DNA of 64,000 nt from Octopus bimaculoides (GCF_001194135.2 NC_068998.1:23592600-23656599); one strand, 5' to 3'. Shown: positions 26,174 to 39,920, numbered from the stretch's first letter. Notes: generated from the letters alone by a model not told the origin. Numbers and translations: made by a program.

Positions 26174-26585
26174 ACAGTGAGCCGGCAGAAACGTTAGCAC
26201 ACCGGATGAAATGCTGAGTGGTATTTTGTCTGCCATTACGTTATGAGTTCAAATTCCGCCGAGATTGACTTTACCTTTTATCCTTTCGGGGTTGATGAAT
26301 TAAGTACCAGTTACGCACTGTGGTCGATGTAATCGACTTAATCCCTTTGTCTGTCCTTGTTTGTCCTCTCTATGTTTAGCCCCCTTGGGGGCAATAAAGA
26401 AATAAGAAACGTTAGCACGCCGGGTGAAATGATTAGCAGTATTTCGTCTGCCTTTTACATTCTGAGTTCAATTTCTACCGAGGTCGAATTTACGTTTCAT
26501 CCTTTCGCGGTCGATAAATCGGTCTAATCGACTGGCGCTTCCCCACCAAAAAAATGTCTGGCCTTGTGTCTAGTGTAGAAAAGAA
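26174..26585 (+). mobile_element. family B SINE tandem dimer
   Basis: Two head-to-tail monomers, each agaaacgttagcac.ccgg...tgagttcaa...atcctttcg.ggt.gat. The central domain resembles Nin/Deu-type domains (inference). Confidence 0.9.
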
Positions 26586-28043
26586 TATTATTTTCGTTCT
26601 CGAGGTTAATATGGAAGATAATTATTGATCCATTTAGTAATTATTAGACATCCCCAACGAAACAATTATTTCACTATACACAGAAGATTAGTGAATCACA
26701 CTCAATGCGGAATAACGTACACATTAAAAGGATGTATTTTGTTATTTAATAACTAGAAGTCTCTACAACCATGAAAGAAATCAACATTTCATTCAAAAAG
26801 GTATGTCACAAACTGTAGCATTCAATATAGCGAGATATGATTATGCGGAATGTCGATGACTTAATATAATTCCCGTATATATTCAAGGTACAGCCTCGGA
26901 ATATGACGATCGCCATGTGTTATATTGCTTGCATATGAAGAGTGAAATGTCTGAAGAATTATTTATTTTGTCTAACCATGGAACAGGGTATTTCTATCGT
27001 ATCTATCTTCTTCGCTAATTTATTGCCATTAGTGCAGTGCTGTACATAGATTTGACTGTAATACGCTAGCTCCTCAGTCTAGAAGAAATACCTGGGCTGG
27101 TTTGGCAATATAAGAACTCACATTGAAATAAAACTAAACAGCATGAAATTCTCGATCTAAAACTCGGCTAGTTCTTGCCACTATAAGAGAGGTGAGGATG
27201 CGATTGTACCATTGCTTTCATTTCCTTAAGAATGAGTTATAGGAGTGAACTACTACTGCCAGAGTTATCCGCATTCAGAACACAGACGAAAACAAAATGA
27301 CGTTGTCGTATAAAGTTTTCCAGGTTATTTTTTGAAGTTATATGTATATAAATAAGAATACTATAACATATGTGGAAAATACAATTTATAAATGCGTTGG
27401 TTATTTGATGATTTCTAACGTCTCCGATTATATGAACTATTAAAACTTCTTAATTATGTATTAGCTATATATCACTCTGAAATTAGCCGCCTAAAATAAG
27501 AAATTGTGCAGCGGAATTGCAAGTAACAGCAAATGTTAAAGTATGTCTGATTTAAATTACCATTCAGAATTTACTAAACTGAAGGTAATGTGGTACAATA
27601 GAAGAAAGGATATGATTACAATTAAAATGATAACTTCAATTTATATTTTTGTTGCAGAATATCATTAATGCGTTTAATTATGTCATGAGAATTTATGAAA
27701 ATCAAAATAATGAATCAAGAGAGAATAGAAGTTCCGAGTTAAATATCTATCATAGGGAATAGAACCTCGAATGTGGTAAGTATCGAAGCGTGGTTTATAC
27801 GACTCGTTACTCTTCAAGTTGTAGGGAAGTTCAAGATATCTGCATAAATACTTAATAGCAGGTGTGGATTACAAAGTATGTAACCTTCATTTGCCACTGC
27901 AATGGGCAATATGATTGTGATATTTACAATAATATCAAGGGATCATTAGGATAGTTATAACAGCCAATCTAGCTAAAGGTTTTTTGTGGATAAGTATATT
28001 ATATATACATACCAGTGTGTATATATCTGCATGTATGTATAGG

Positions 28044-28074
<31 letters not shown>

Positions 28075-31000
28075 ATATTTGCTTCTGTGAAATTTTAAAT
28101 AAATGTACGTGTTTATACGTGTGTGTGTGCGTGTGTCCATGAGTTTGCGTGCGTGAATGCATGCATATGTGTGTGTTTGTGTGTGTGCGTTCAAAAGTCT
28201 GTGTTTGTTTGTGTGTGTGTATGTATCTACCAGATTTGAATGGTGATGATGTTTCTATGTCTTCTTGCAACTCCAAGGTGTCATATTTGTCTTAGTTAAC
28301 CGACAGGATATCTTCCTACACAAGTTTTGGATCGTCTGCTTGCTCCGAGTACCTCTTCACAGCGGGTTACTGCTATAAACTAATTAAGACAACAATTTCA
28401 ACTAAAAGGTTTGTTTTGACCTAGGCGCTCCTAGAATATCCGTTCTACAACTCTGATTTCTCTATAAATTTCAATATTAGAGAAATGGTATAAATAAAAA
28501 TGCGTATGACAGTGGCAGGTGTTAAAACATTACATAGAATACATCTACATATCACGAATAATGGCCCAAAGGTGGTTCATTTAATAAAATGACAGTTTAA
28601 ATGTGTAGCCGTATACATATAAAATATGGCAGAATAATAGTACATTGAATGAAATATGTAAAACTGATGCTAAAATAATATCATATCACTTACATTATGT
28701 TTATTTGGTTCCTTACGTCTAGATATATTTTATATTGTTAAAGCACGCATAATGATATAACTTTTCTGTCGATATTTTTGGAAATTGTATCAATTTTGCA
28801 TGTAGACTATATACTGCAACTGTCACTCAGAGGTGACTGTTGTCTTCGGTTTTATTCCCAGTTTGAGTGAAAAAATAAATTAAATCTGTGTCCAATTTGC
28901 TCAAAATTTGCCAAATATGTATATTTAGCTGGCAAATTAATAGACAAATTCGTAATTTTACTTTTGTTTTCTTCCAAACAATATCAAATAAATTTAGTTA
29001 GCAAGTAAACTAATTGAAAATTTCGGAACTTTTTGTTTACTTAACTCAAAGTTTAAATATAGATATATTTCTCTGACATAATAATTGACAAGCTAAGAAT
29101 ATAGGAAACGCATCGAAAACCTGACGTGCTTTGAACATAGTATCAATTCATATTTTTTTGTAGAGACCGCACTGTCTCCCATCATAGCATCAGTATCCTG
29201 GCCACTTGGGTGCCTCGGCATAATTACGATGTCATTCGCAGTTTCCCACGTGGACACAATATAAGTATTCTGCAGATAATCAAACACGGTGTAAACACAA
29301 AAAGGCACTTGTAAAGGCATGTGGCAGCGCATGTCCTTAAAACTTTAAATAAACCTTGCTTCCAAACTTCCTGTATTTAGCATATTTGGAATCTTTAAAA
29401 AAATCTACGAATGAAGTACACAAATGCACAAAATGCTTTCTTTTTCTATACATGTCAATCTTTCGATATTTTTTTGATATAAACATCGCCTTTCGTTATA
29501 CAATGTTGAACTTCAGATCAGAGAGTTTTGCAAGCATAGAGCGGATTTCAAGAAAAGGTTCTTACCGACAAAGGTATTTTTGAAACATTTAGCTAGCTAG
29601 GCTGTTGTTACTATCCTAGTGATCACTTCATATTATCGCACATATCACCATCATCTTCGCCTCTACAGTAGCAAATGAACCTTACATATTTTATGATCCA
29701 CGCCTGCTATTAAGTATTTGTGCAGCCATCTTGAAATTCCACACAGCACCTCTTTTATATTCTATATCAACGATGTTGCAAAGTAAATGCTTATGATACT
29801 CGTAGTTGTCTTTTATTTTCACATAATTCCAAAAGGATGAAATGGATATTCCCCTCTACAATTAATTACCGTGGATTGCACTTTAAATTTGCGTGGCAAC
29901 GGCAGTAAAATCGTTCTCACGCTTACGTTTACGCTTATATAAATTTCCATTAACTTGAAAATAAATTTGAAAATATGGATCTTATCTTGGATTCAATAAC
30001 CTTGTAATCTTTCCCTAATAAATGTAACACTTTTAAACTTTGGTAATGAAGCAATGTTCTTCATTCCGTACCTCATTTGGTCAAGCATGGGCATGTAGCA
30101 TTCATCTCGGTCATTGTGTGTCTATTCGGGGAATTCTAAAAAAGTGTAACATTTCGCTTACCTGTCAATCATAATTTTAACGTAGACTGAAATCTTCCAC
30201 ATAATACAGTGAATAATCAATGCATGTTCAGAATGAAGTGTTGCACAAAGCTATTCAAATACTGGATTACAAACATAAAGAAAGTATAGGTTACTCTGAA
30301 TAAGAGAGTATATACTATCATGTGAGAATTTAAAATCATTGAAGGTACATTAGTAGCAATTAACAAGTTACAATATACAGATCTGTAGGTCCATAAGCAA
30401 TAAAATCGAACAGACAAGAATGGCCACCACTTGATTACAAAGCATAATATTAATTCTATCGATATGGACCCAGTTTTCTCAGTGATACATGTAGATTAAT
30501 AATTCTTCTTTGCTGTATTAGCAGAAATGTATGTGGATATGTGTGTATTATATCAGAGTAGTAAGTTGTACGCAACATATTCCTTCCTTTTATACATGGA
30601 AAGTTATTGATAGATACTTTCAACTGAGTGTAACTATGGACAAATCGACTTGACCAGGAATGGGTAATTCTGTAGGTCATATGGCGATTCTGTAAGTTGC
30701 CTACATCTAAAGATTTTAAAGATTTAAGGTGCTCGCGATGATTGGGTAACTTCAGGAGATTTGGTAGTCCTATTTGTAAGGATATATTTACATTTTGTCT
30801 ACAGACGTTTAGTAGAAATATTTATATGTAACATACGATATAAAGTTCCAGTGATACAATTGTAAAAAGATCAAAATTGGGATGTTGTAACACAGAATTT
30901 CCAGAATCTTGCTGCATACAGTTGAAGTTTCAAAAGAAACTAGTTTTTCTACTGCGCAGTAAGTTATATTCAGTGAACTGAAGGTGTGTTACATTCAACA

Positions 31001-31620
31001 AGTTTTGTAATGTCATGTTTGAAGAATGTAATATGAAAGATGCCAGGGTATTTACAGTTGTCCTTATAGTATAGTTCATTTGAGATTATAGCGAGATCTG
31101 TGAGTTATTGTGTTCAAAATTTGTGGAATGGTATGTATTGAGATGAATTTAGAAAGAATGTGATGAATATGTATTCCTCGTTATTCTCAGTTTTATACTA
31201 TCAGCAAATTTTGATAGTATATGCAAAACAATTTGTGGCAGTATATCTTTTTTTAATGTGTTATACTACTTCCGCCAATTATATCAAATGCATCCACTTA
31301 TTAAATTTCTAAAAGAAATTCGTTAAGTATTTTTAAAACATTTATACATCGATGAAAAAAAAAATTATATAATTAAATACCAAATGTTGAAATTATGTAA
31401 AATGTACACATAATTTGCGAGTGATATGCACAGTATTTAAATATTTATTGCCTATCTTCCTACTTAACGTGATGCCTCTTCCATGCACTCTAGGTTGAAT
31501 CAAACAATATCCTGAATACACACATTAAACACATAATATTAAATACCTACGTACTTACACACATACGGACACACCCCCACTGACACACACACCCACAACT
31601 CACCCCCATATATATATATA

Positions 31621-31739
31621 TATTGATAATACGGAGAATGAAGAATTTGAACATTCAAACTTTGTTTATTTCCAGATACTAACCGGAAATAAACATAAAC
31701 TTTGAATGTTCTAATTCTTCATGCTTTTTATTATCAATA
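31621..31739. repeat. 119-bp foldback palindrome (MITE-like)
   Basis: Arms at 31621-31673 and 31685-31739 are reverse complements with a few mismatches, around an 11-nt loop. Confidence 0.85.
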
Positions 31740-32037
31740 GTGTACTACACATTCTAAGTAGCTAAGAAATAGACTTTAACATCTGATGGGAGCTAAAAGA
31801 CGTCTACCAAAAACTGCACCATTTGGAAGACGCAACCTTGCCATTTTTCGAAGATAAATTCGGTATCTGCCTGGATATTATATCCTTCTACTTGCTATTA
31901 AAATTCGGCGGAGGAACGGGAGAAACTACCTCCATCAACTTGCTAACAAAGCAGGTAGTGATTTTATCTTGTACTTACCTTAATGCATGTTTTGAAGCGT
32001 GCAGTTCGATTTTAGTAGTTATTTATTCAAAGTTAGA

Positions 32038-32894
32038 ATGGCAGTGACAAAGGATCATATTCAGCATATTTTTCTTTATGAGTACAATAAAGGCAACAAC
32101 ACAACGAAAAGTGCGAGGAATATTAATACAGTATATGAGGATCGGACAATAACCCTAAGTCAGTGCCAACAGTGGTTCCAGAAATTCCGAGCCTGATACT
32201 ACAGCCTAAAAGACTAGCCTCGTCCTGGAAGATCTGCAGAGTTCCACAAGGAAGTCCTGCAAACCCTGGAGGAAGAAAAGCCAATCGCAACTGCTGAGGA
32301 AGCCCTGCAGAAGCTTGAATTTGGTTATTCAACCACTCATCGACACCTGCGTGCCATCACAAAGGTCAGGAAATTGGGTCATAAAGTTTCTAAGGCAAAT
32401 CACGCGCAAAGTGTGAATGTGTGCTCCTCTTTGCTATCACGTCTGACGAATGAATCTCTTATGACCCGAATAGTGACTGGTAACGAGAAATGGGTTCTCT
32501 ATAAAACATCTCAAGCGCCGAAGACAGTGAGTAGAGAAAGGAGAAACACCGGCACCCCAGGTTGAAGAAGGTTTTCACACACGTAAGATGTTATTAGCTG
32601 TTTGGTGGAATATGAAAGGTTTAGTCCACTTTGAACTTTTAAACACAAATGAAATGGTAACAAAGGAGATCTACTGCGAGCAGCTTGAGCGATAGAAGAA
32701 AAACGAACATTTTGATTTCAAGAAGAAAGCTGTTCTTCTGTCAGGATAACGCTCGGCCACATACAGCGAGGATGAGATGCCAAAGGCTGCAGCAGCTTCA
32801 ATCGAAAACGATGCCCTTCTCACCTTGTTCGCCGGACAATGCCCCATCTGATTATTATTTATTAAGCAGTTTCAAAATCATTTGTGGACGGTAA
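32038..32894 (+). pseudogene. mariner (DD34D-type) transposase pseudogene, near full length
   Basis: MAVTKDHIQHIFLYEYNKG...QWFQKFR...PRPGR...IVTGNEKWVLY...LAVWWNMKG...FCQDNARPHTA...SPCSPDNAPSDYYL, with several stops and frameshifts. Confidence 0.92.
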
Positions 32895-34496
32895 AAATAT
32901 GAGCTCTCTAAGTGATAGCTGTCATGGCCAATACGTATTTGATTTAATATCAGTGGTCATAGATTATGAATGATATAAAGAATTAAATTTCAAGCAATTT
33001 ACCAGTGTGATATGAGAATCTGTTTCTTACGTACCCATGATGAAATTGAGATTTTCGGGGCAGATTGATAACTCTGAACTAAAATGAAAGTCATGTAATT
33101 GAATACATGTTTGATGGTTCCTTTATTAATTTAACTTATTATCGTTATGATAGTGATACAATAATAATTACTATATTATAATTATAGGTACATATGCATA
33201 TATATATAGGCAAAGACAAATGTCCCTTAGTTCTCAAGAATAATAATAGCTTTAATAATGTATGAGTCTAGAACCGAAAGCAATTAGAAAAGTCGGTATG
33301 ACTTCTTTCTTGTCACTTCCATTGTTCGTTCAAATTTCACATATTGTTAGAGTCGAGTTTCATCGATAAACGGATATCACCATCATGAGCTTCACCACAG
33401 GCATTGCATTTACGCCGTGATAGAAAACAACACACTAATTATCATTGATAAAATTCAGGTAAGCACATTTTGAACCTCCTGTAAAGATTTTAATAGCTTA
33501 CTACTGGTTCAAAGAATATAAATTAGCATTCTTGATTAGTTTTCTATTTTTATCTTTACATGTTTGAAAATAAATAATTGAAATTTTAGTTCTTTATTTT
33601 TCATCCCCCAAATAACCTAAGTTCAATAAGATGTCCTTCCCTGAATAGTCAGATGCTGAATTGTCACGTTATGCTGTATAACAGCAAGACTATAGTCATG
33701 GTATTTGGCACGGTCTTTGAAATGGCTTACCGTGTGATTCGGTTCTTGGCTTGGTTAGTGATTCGGGTCGCTTATCGCAGTAAATATTTTTCCACCCGAA
33801 GTTTCTCCTCAGTGCTTCAATCGATTTGTTCAATTTCCTCTTACCGATCCTAGCATCTCTGTAAACTATCTTCTTTTGGTACCGGAGAAGATGCATCAAT
33901 TGACTGTCAATGACACAATGATGGCACGTAGTTTCCATTTGGAATCCTTTATTTGCATACAAAATTAATGGCAAAAAGGAGCTGTTACTACTGAAGATGT
34001 GGTACTCTACCGCTATGTGCAATTTGAAGGCCGTATATCAGTTAATGGTAATGTAGAACCTCCGTTTACATCATTTTCGGAAGAGCCATTTTATCATAAC
34101 ATTCAATAAGATCTATATGTAGTAATTTCCTTTTGATGCGTTCATTCAGCATATAGTTTTATAATTTATATGTTATTCTTATATATTCTTATTCATCATC
34201 GACACTGAATTATTACTGCTGCCAATTACACACATATATGTTTGCGCATGTGCATATATCTTTGTCGAAAATCTATTTACAAATAACGATAACATTATTA
34301 ATCTCATTAATTTCAAATACACTTTACATCCAATACTTCCCTATTGCGTTAACTTAATATTGCTAGATACACTCAAGCCGCCATACTTATGATTATTTAT
34401 TCAATTATGTTCATTTAATCAAGTATTTTAATTTATCTCACTGATCTTATATTAACTGGTACTAAGATAATATAAGATTATGAATATAGTTGTTGC

Positions 34497-34551
<55 letters not shown>

Positions 34552-34647
34552 ATTGCTAATATTATTATTACTATTATTATCATCATAATTATCATGATCG
34601 CCTCAAACACCACCACCATCATCGTCATTACAATTATTAATTTCTAA

Positions 34648-34830
34648 GAGGCAAGCTTGTAGAATTGTTAGAGCGTTGGGAAAAATGTAATGCGTTATTT
34701 ATTTCGAGTCATTACAGTTTGAGTTCAAATTCATGCAGATTGTGACTTAGGCTTTCATGCGTCTTTGGTCGCTAAAAGATTCTCTGGTCAAGTTCTTGTC
34801 CCTCTACTGGAAACAACTAATCCTGTGTCA
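34648..34830 (+). mobile_element. degenerate family B SINE
   Basis: ggcaagcttgtagaattgttagagc...tttgagttcaaattc...ggctttcatgc...ggtcg. Confidence 0.65.
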
Positions 34831-35745
34831 AAATTAAAAGGGAGAATCATTGTTGTTCCTATCATCCAAGTATATTATCACAAAGGAACATGTATGTGAA
34901 TCTCTGTTAATATCTACTCTGTTTTTATTTACATACGTTGCATTTTTTAAATATTTTGGCTATAACTGATGAAGGTAGCCAGCACTATAGAGAACTGATC
35001 ACTTTCCTTACCAAACCTAAGTGCAAAAGTCTCGAATATATTTTTGTACTCATGACAAAAACGGCATCAGTGGCTTTCCCGGTTTTCTTTTTCCGGTTGA
35101 CTAGCATAGAAAGAAAGGAAATTGAGAGGCGATTCTGAAGCTGAAATATCAGCTGGCCAAAAAATAAAACATTCCATATTACCAGAAATGATTTGATTAT
35201 GAATAGTACTAGCGGTAGCGTTAGTTTCAATAACAAAACCTGCAATAACAACAGCTGAAAGCACAACAAACATATCTACAATAAGTGCCAAAACAACATC
35301 AACATTAACAATAATAGCTTAACAATAATAGCAAAAATCGCAATAGCAAAGACGGTGTGCCAAATAGCAGCAGTAAAACCGACGCCGTTTGTGGTGGGAG
35401 GTTGAAAATGTGTTTACACCAGCGCCGCAGCACCATCATACACAAAACAACAGCAACTGGGTCGTTACCTGTGCGTTAGTGATACTCCATGAAATAGGCA
35501 TGTTGAACAGCTGCAGCAGTTCAAGTATAGCAAAATTTAGACCATGGGATAAATAGAAATCAACATGTTTAACAAAACATACGATGTCATATATAGCCAT
35601 CACCAAAACATCCGTTGATATACTAGCAACAGTACATGCAAACCCACTTAACTTATGAAACGATGAGAGCAGCAGTAGTAGCAACAGAATCACTTAGAGT
35701 ATGTGTGTCACAGTATTGTATCTTTTTAAGTTGTTTTCTCCGCAG

Positions 35746-35817
35746 ATTTTGTAAAGAATACAGAGTCAGTACGATGTTTTGTGTACGTAAATAATGAGAT
35801 CGAAAACAGAAAAATAG
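35746..35817 (+). CDS. candidate internal coding exon of an unidentified gene
   Basis: Strong acceptor ttgttttctccgcag| and donor atag|gtatcg. 72 nt, open as (D)FVKNTESVRCFVYVNNEIENRKI, phase-compatible with 36153. Confidence 0.3.
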
Positions 35818-36152
35818 GTATCGCATTTATGTGCATATTTTAGGATTTATTGCTCCCTCTTCATCAGCACATCTAATGCATTAACTACGCAGGATTACAT
35901 TGCTTAAATAGCCTCTATGTTTAGCTGTGTAATACTATTAGATACTTCAATTTACATATTAAGCGCATTCCTGGCAACAATTATGTACATATTAATTACT
36001 GGAGGCATCAAAATATTTCGTTTTGCAAACATAAAATTATACCAAGTATATTAGCGGTTCAGATGGAAATACTTTATCCGACTTTAGGTGTTAACAGTTC
36101 AATAGTTCCGTGTTTCATTGTTTTACTAAATATTTATTTTTATACAATTTAG

Positions 36153-36220
36153 ATCCTGCCTTGAAAGATACAACTTATAATATAACTCATGATAAAATTC
36201 GTACAACTTTGGGACTCTGA
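36153..36220 (+). CDS. candidate terminal coding exon of an unidentified gene
   Basis: Acceptor tttatttttatacaatttag|, reads (D)PALKDTTYNITHDKIRTTLGL*. Confidence 0.3.
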
Positions 36221-36329
36221 ATGCTTGAACAACGTTTCAGTCGTCTTCAAGACATGGATCAAATGCTGATTTATAAAATATGCCATGAACAGTACGACGA
36301 TTTTGCTGAAAAGACAGAATTGTTGCCGA

Positions 36330-36530
36330 TGATAATGCTGCTGCTGCTAATACAACTACTGCTACTACAAATGATGATGAAGATGATGATGATGATGATG
36401 ATAATGAAGAGGAGGGGAGGAGGAGGAGGAGGAAGAGGAGGAGGAGGAGGAAGAGGAGGAAGTGGAGGAGGACGAAGATTAGGAGGACGAGGAGGAGGAG
36501 GACGAAGAGGAAGTGGAGGGGGAGGTTGTG
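36330..36530. repeat. (GCT)/(GAT)/(GGA) trinucleotide tract
   Basis: Directly visible; explains the poly-G, poly-P and poly-S ORFs. Confidence 0.9.
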
Positions 36531-37830
36531 GATAACGACTGGATGTGACAGCGGCTGGATGTGTTCTTTGCTGCTCTGACCTGTCAGCAACTGAAAACAC
36601 AGAAACACTAATACAACCCAACTGAAAAGTAACTCACAAAGACTAGAGTATCTCCAATTCCCTGTGAGTATTCTGAATTTCCCTCAAAATAAGTTAAGAA
36701 ACTTACATATCTATAGTTTTCGAAAACATAAACGATCAACTTCAATAGACCTTTAATATCTACAACTTCTGTGAATACCTATCCTTTCCCTGGGTATTCG
36801 TAAATGTAAACATTCTCTTTATTCCATGAACCCTAGAGTTTTCACTAATCGGACAGACAAAAGATCATCACCAGTAAATTTTAAAACCTTAATATCTAGA
36901 ATTTTCTGTTAAAATTTTACCTTCCTTTTCTTTCTATTCCTTTCTCCCTGATTATTCCAAAATGTAAACGTCGTTTTCATTGCAAAAATACTACTGTATT
37001 CTCTAACTAGACAGACAAACGAACATCTCAAGAAATCTTGAAAACTTTAATATCTTAAATTTAGTATGAAACGTATCCCTGACTGCCCAAATATGTAAAC
37101 ATACCTTTTATTGCAACACAATTGAATGCAGAAATTCAAAAATTCAACGACGTGAATATCACTATATATATATATATNNNNNNNNNNNNNNNNNNNNNNN
37201 NNNNNNNNNNNNNNNNNNNNNNNNNNNNNNNNNNNNNNNNNNNNNNNNNNNNNNNNNNNNNNNNNNNNNNNNNNNNNNNNNNNNNNNNNNNNNNNNNNNN
37301 NNNNNNNNNNNNNNNNNNNNNNNNNNNNNNNNNNNNNNNNNNNNNNNNNNNNNNNNNNNNNNNNNNNNNNNNNNNNNNNNNNNNNNNNNNNNNNNNNNNN
37401 NNNNNNNNNNNNNNNNNNNNNNNNNNNNNNNNNNNNNNNNNNNNNNNNNNNNNNNNNNNNNNNNNNNNNNNNNNNNNNNNNNNNNNNNNNNNNNNNNNNN
37501 NNNNNNNNNNNNNNNNNNNNNNNNNNNNNNNNNNNNNNNNNNNNNNNNNNNNNNNNNNNNNNNNNNNNNNNNNNNNNNNNNNNNNNNNNNNNNNNNNNNN
37601 NNNNNNNNNNNNNNNNNNNNNNNNNNNNNNNNNNNNNNNNNNNNNNNNNNNNNNNNNNNNNNNNNNNNNNNNNNNNNNNNNNNNNNNNNNNNNNNNNNNN
37701 NNNNNNNNNNNNNNNNNNNNNNNNNNNNNNNNNNNNNNNNNNNNNNNNNNNNNNNNNNNNNNNNNNNNNNNNNNNNNNNNNNNNNNNNNNNNNNNNNNNN
37801 NNNNNNNNNNNNNNNNNNNNNNNNNNNNNN

Positions 37831-37879
<49 letters not shown>

Positions 37880-37919
37880 GTTATTATTATTATTATTATT
37901 ATTAATATTATTATCATCA

Positions 37920-37983
<64 letters not shown>

Positions 37984-37991
37984 CATCATCA

Positions 37992-38044
<53 letters not shown>

Positions 38045-38055
38045 GTTATTATTTT
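37831..38055. repeat. (TTA)n microsatellite emerging from a gap
   Basis: Directly visible. Confidence 0.95.
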
Positions 38056-38129
38056 TATTACTACCAGTAATTACAAATAGAACAAGTGGAAATGTTTCTT
38101 TTCAAGGGCAAAAGTAGCGCTCTCAATGG

Positions 38130-39920
38130 TCTCTGGTAGTAGTAATCACATTTGACCTATGCGTTGAAGTGTTGATCGAGGGCCAATCTTGCTGCCAGCA
38201 CGTCAATTGCAATCCTTTTCCTAAGTGCCTCTTCTAACTGTCTCACTAAATCACCCTCTAATTTATTTCTTTGTACAGCTAAAACTTCGCTAAATCTAAC
38301 GGATTCTACTTTGATGGCTCTTTTTAGGTTATACCATCATTTATTCTTCACGATTACCCCCGTCAAAGCTTTCTCAACTAACTCTTAAATCCGGTCTCTG
38401 TAAGCTTGGCATGCCGAGAGTGACGTGTTCAGCTTCCATTAGCCGGGACCTGTCTATGCCTGTTAGCTAAGTCGATCTTACATGTCAGCAATTGCTGATC
38501 AGTGTAGCCAGCTATTTGAAATAATTGACATGTAATTCTATCCCTATCTAAATTCATGCAAAAGACTCTATCTAGATAGGATCTGGATGTTCCGATATGG
38601 TTTGCCCATGTCCATGTTTGCATATGTGGGAAATCCATCCGGTACCTGTCAGACAGTTGAAAGTATCTGTTTAGGATTGCGTGGCTTTTACAACCCCCTT
38701 TCCTATCATTTAGCACCACACAATCCAATTGATAGGGACGTACCCAGGAAGGCCTCCAGACGCCTGAAGTATTCCAGCTGTTCTGCACCTTTCCGAAACA
38801 TTCCTCGCCGACCGAGAGATACGTAGATATGCTTTGGAGGCTGCTTCTGTGGTTGGGGTTTCTTCAACTGTTGTGGTGTGGTCGGTGTTTGTATCCTATT
38901 GTAGTTGTAGGCAGAAGGATTTCAGCTGGTCATTCTGTCCGCAATGATAACATCTTCGCCTTCTGCACTCAACTGTAACGTTCAGATTAGAAGGCTGATT
39001 TGGTCAGGAATTTCTTCCAAACCGTCTTGGTTTATTTGAACTATTATTTGCAATTCCTGACCAGTCCAGTTGTTATTTTTTTTTCCCTTGTTTCTTTACG
39101 TCGATAATTCTGAACTTATCTCCAAGTCGAGAAGGACGGCCGCGACTATCCAGCAAGCGTTCATTTCTGGTTGTATCTCCAGTATTTTTATCTTGGCGAC
39201 TCACCGTCCTAAATATTTTGGAGCTAGGAAAAGTTCACTGTTTCTCAGCTGGGCTGTTGAGTACTGTAGCAAATCCGACTTCAATTGTGCCATATTTCTT
39301 ACCCTTTACTAGATACGTTACGTCTTTCCAAATGAGTTGCAAGCATTTTTCAAATGCTTGCCTTGTGACACTTTCTAAATGTTAAAGAAATAGTTTGTAC
39401 CCTATTGTCTATAATATCTGGTGGTGTGTTTATCGAGAAAAATCTTTCGTTTTTTTTCTTTTTAAAATGTTTCCCTAGTCTTTTAGAGATACAGAAACAT
39501 TAATGAATTCAGTGCTAGGTTTTGCTACTGAAGTATAACGTCGGCTGTTTAATGCATTGGATTGTTGTTGCTGTTGGTGAGTTTTCAGTGTGTTAGTGTT
39601 AGTGGTGGTAATGAGAAGGCTTGGATTCATAGGTATTGCGAAGCTAGCAGAGTCCATAAACTGAATTTCCTTGCTTTTTCCTCTTCTTTCTCGCGTTTCT
39701 TTTCGTCTCTTTCTTTCTGTTGCTCAGCATTTCACGTGCTAACAAGGCTTTTATCATCCCTCTCACTGTTTTTTAAGGCACGGAGTGAGAGGAAAGAATT
39801 ACTTTTTAAACTTATTCTTGGCTGTCTTCCGACAACAGAGGGGTCAGGTCAAACAGAAAAGAAGAGCTCATACTCTTCTCCAAGGACATATTTACAAATT
39901 TTTAAAATCAAAAACTAAGA
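38130..39920 (-). mobile_element. Tx1/L1-group LINE, ORF1 plus APE endonuclease and linker (3' part missing)
   Basis: Minus-strand TWTWANHIGTSRSYLDRVF...GYTDQQLL (APE motifs), then WKLNTSL...WYNLKRAIKVESVRFS, typical of the Tx1-type EN-RT linker. Upstream is a basic ORF1-like region. Confidence 0.8.

Noticed and set aside
33696-34022. Minus ORF with LRRNFGWKNIYCD, reminiscent of a Gypsy integrase zinc-binding region
   Set aside because: The His/Cys ligands are missing, and no integrase core, RT or LTR was found nearby.
39339-39361. Perfect 10-bp hairpin gcaagcattt/aaatgcttgc
   Set aside because: Short, inside the Tx1 ORF1 remnant, and expected occasionally by chance.
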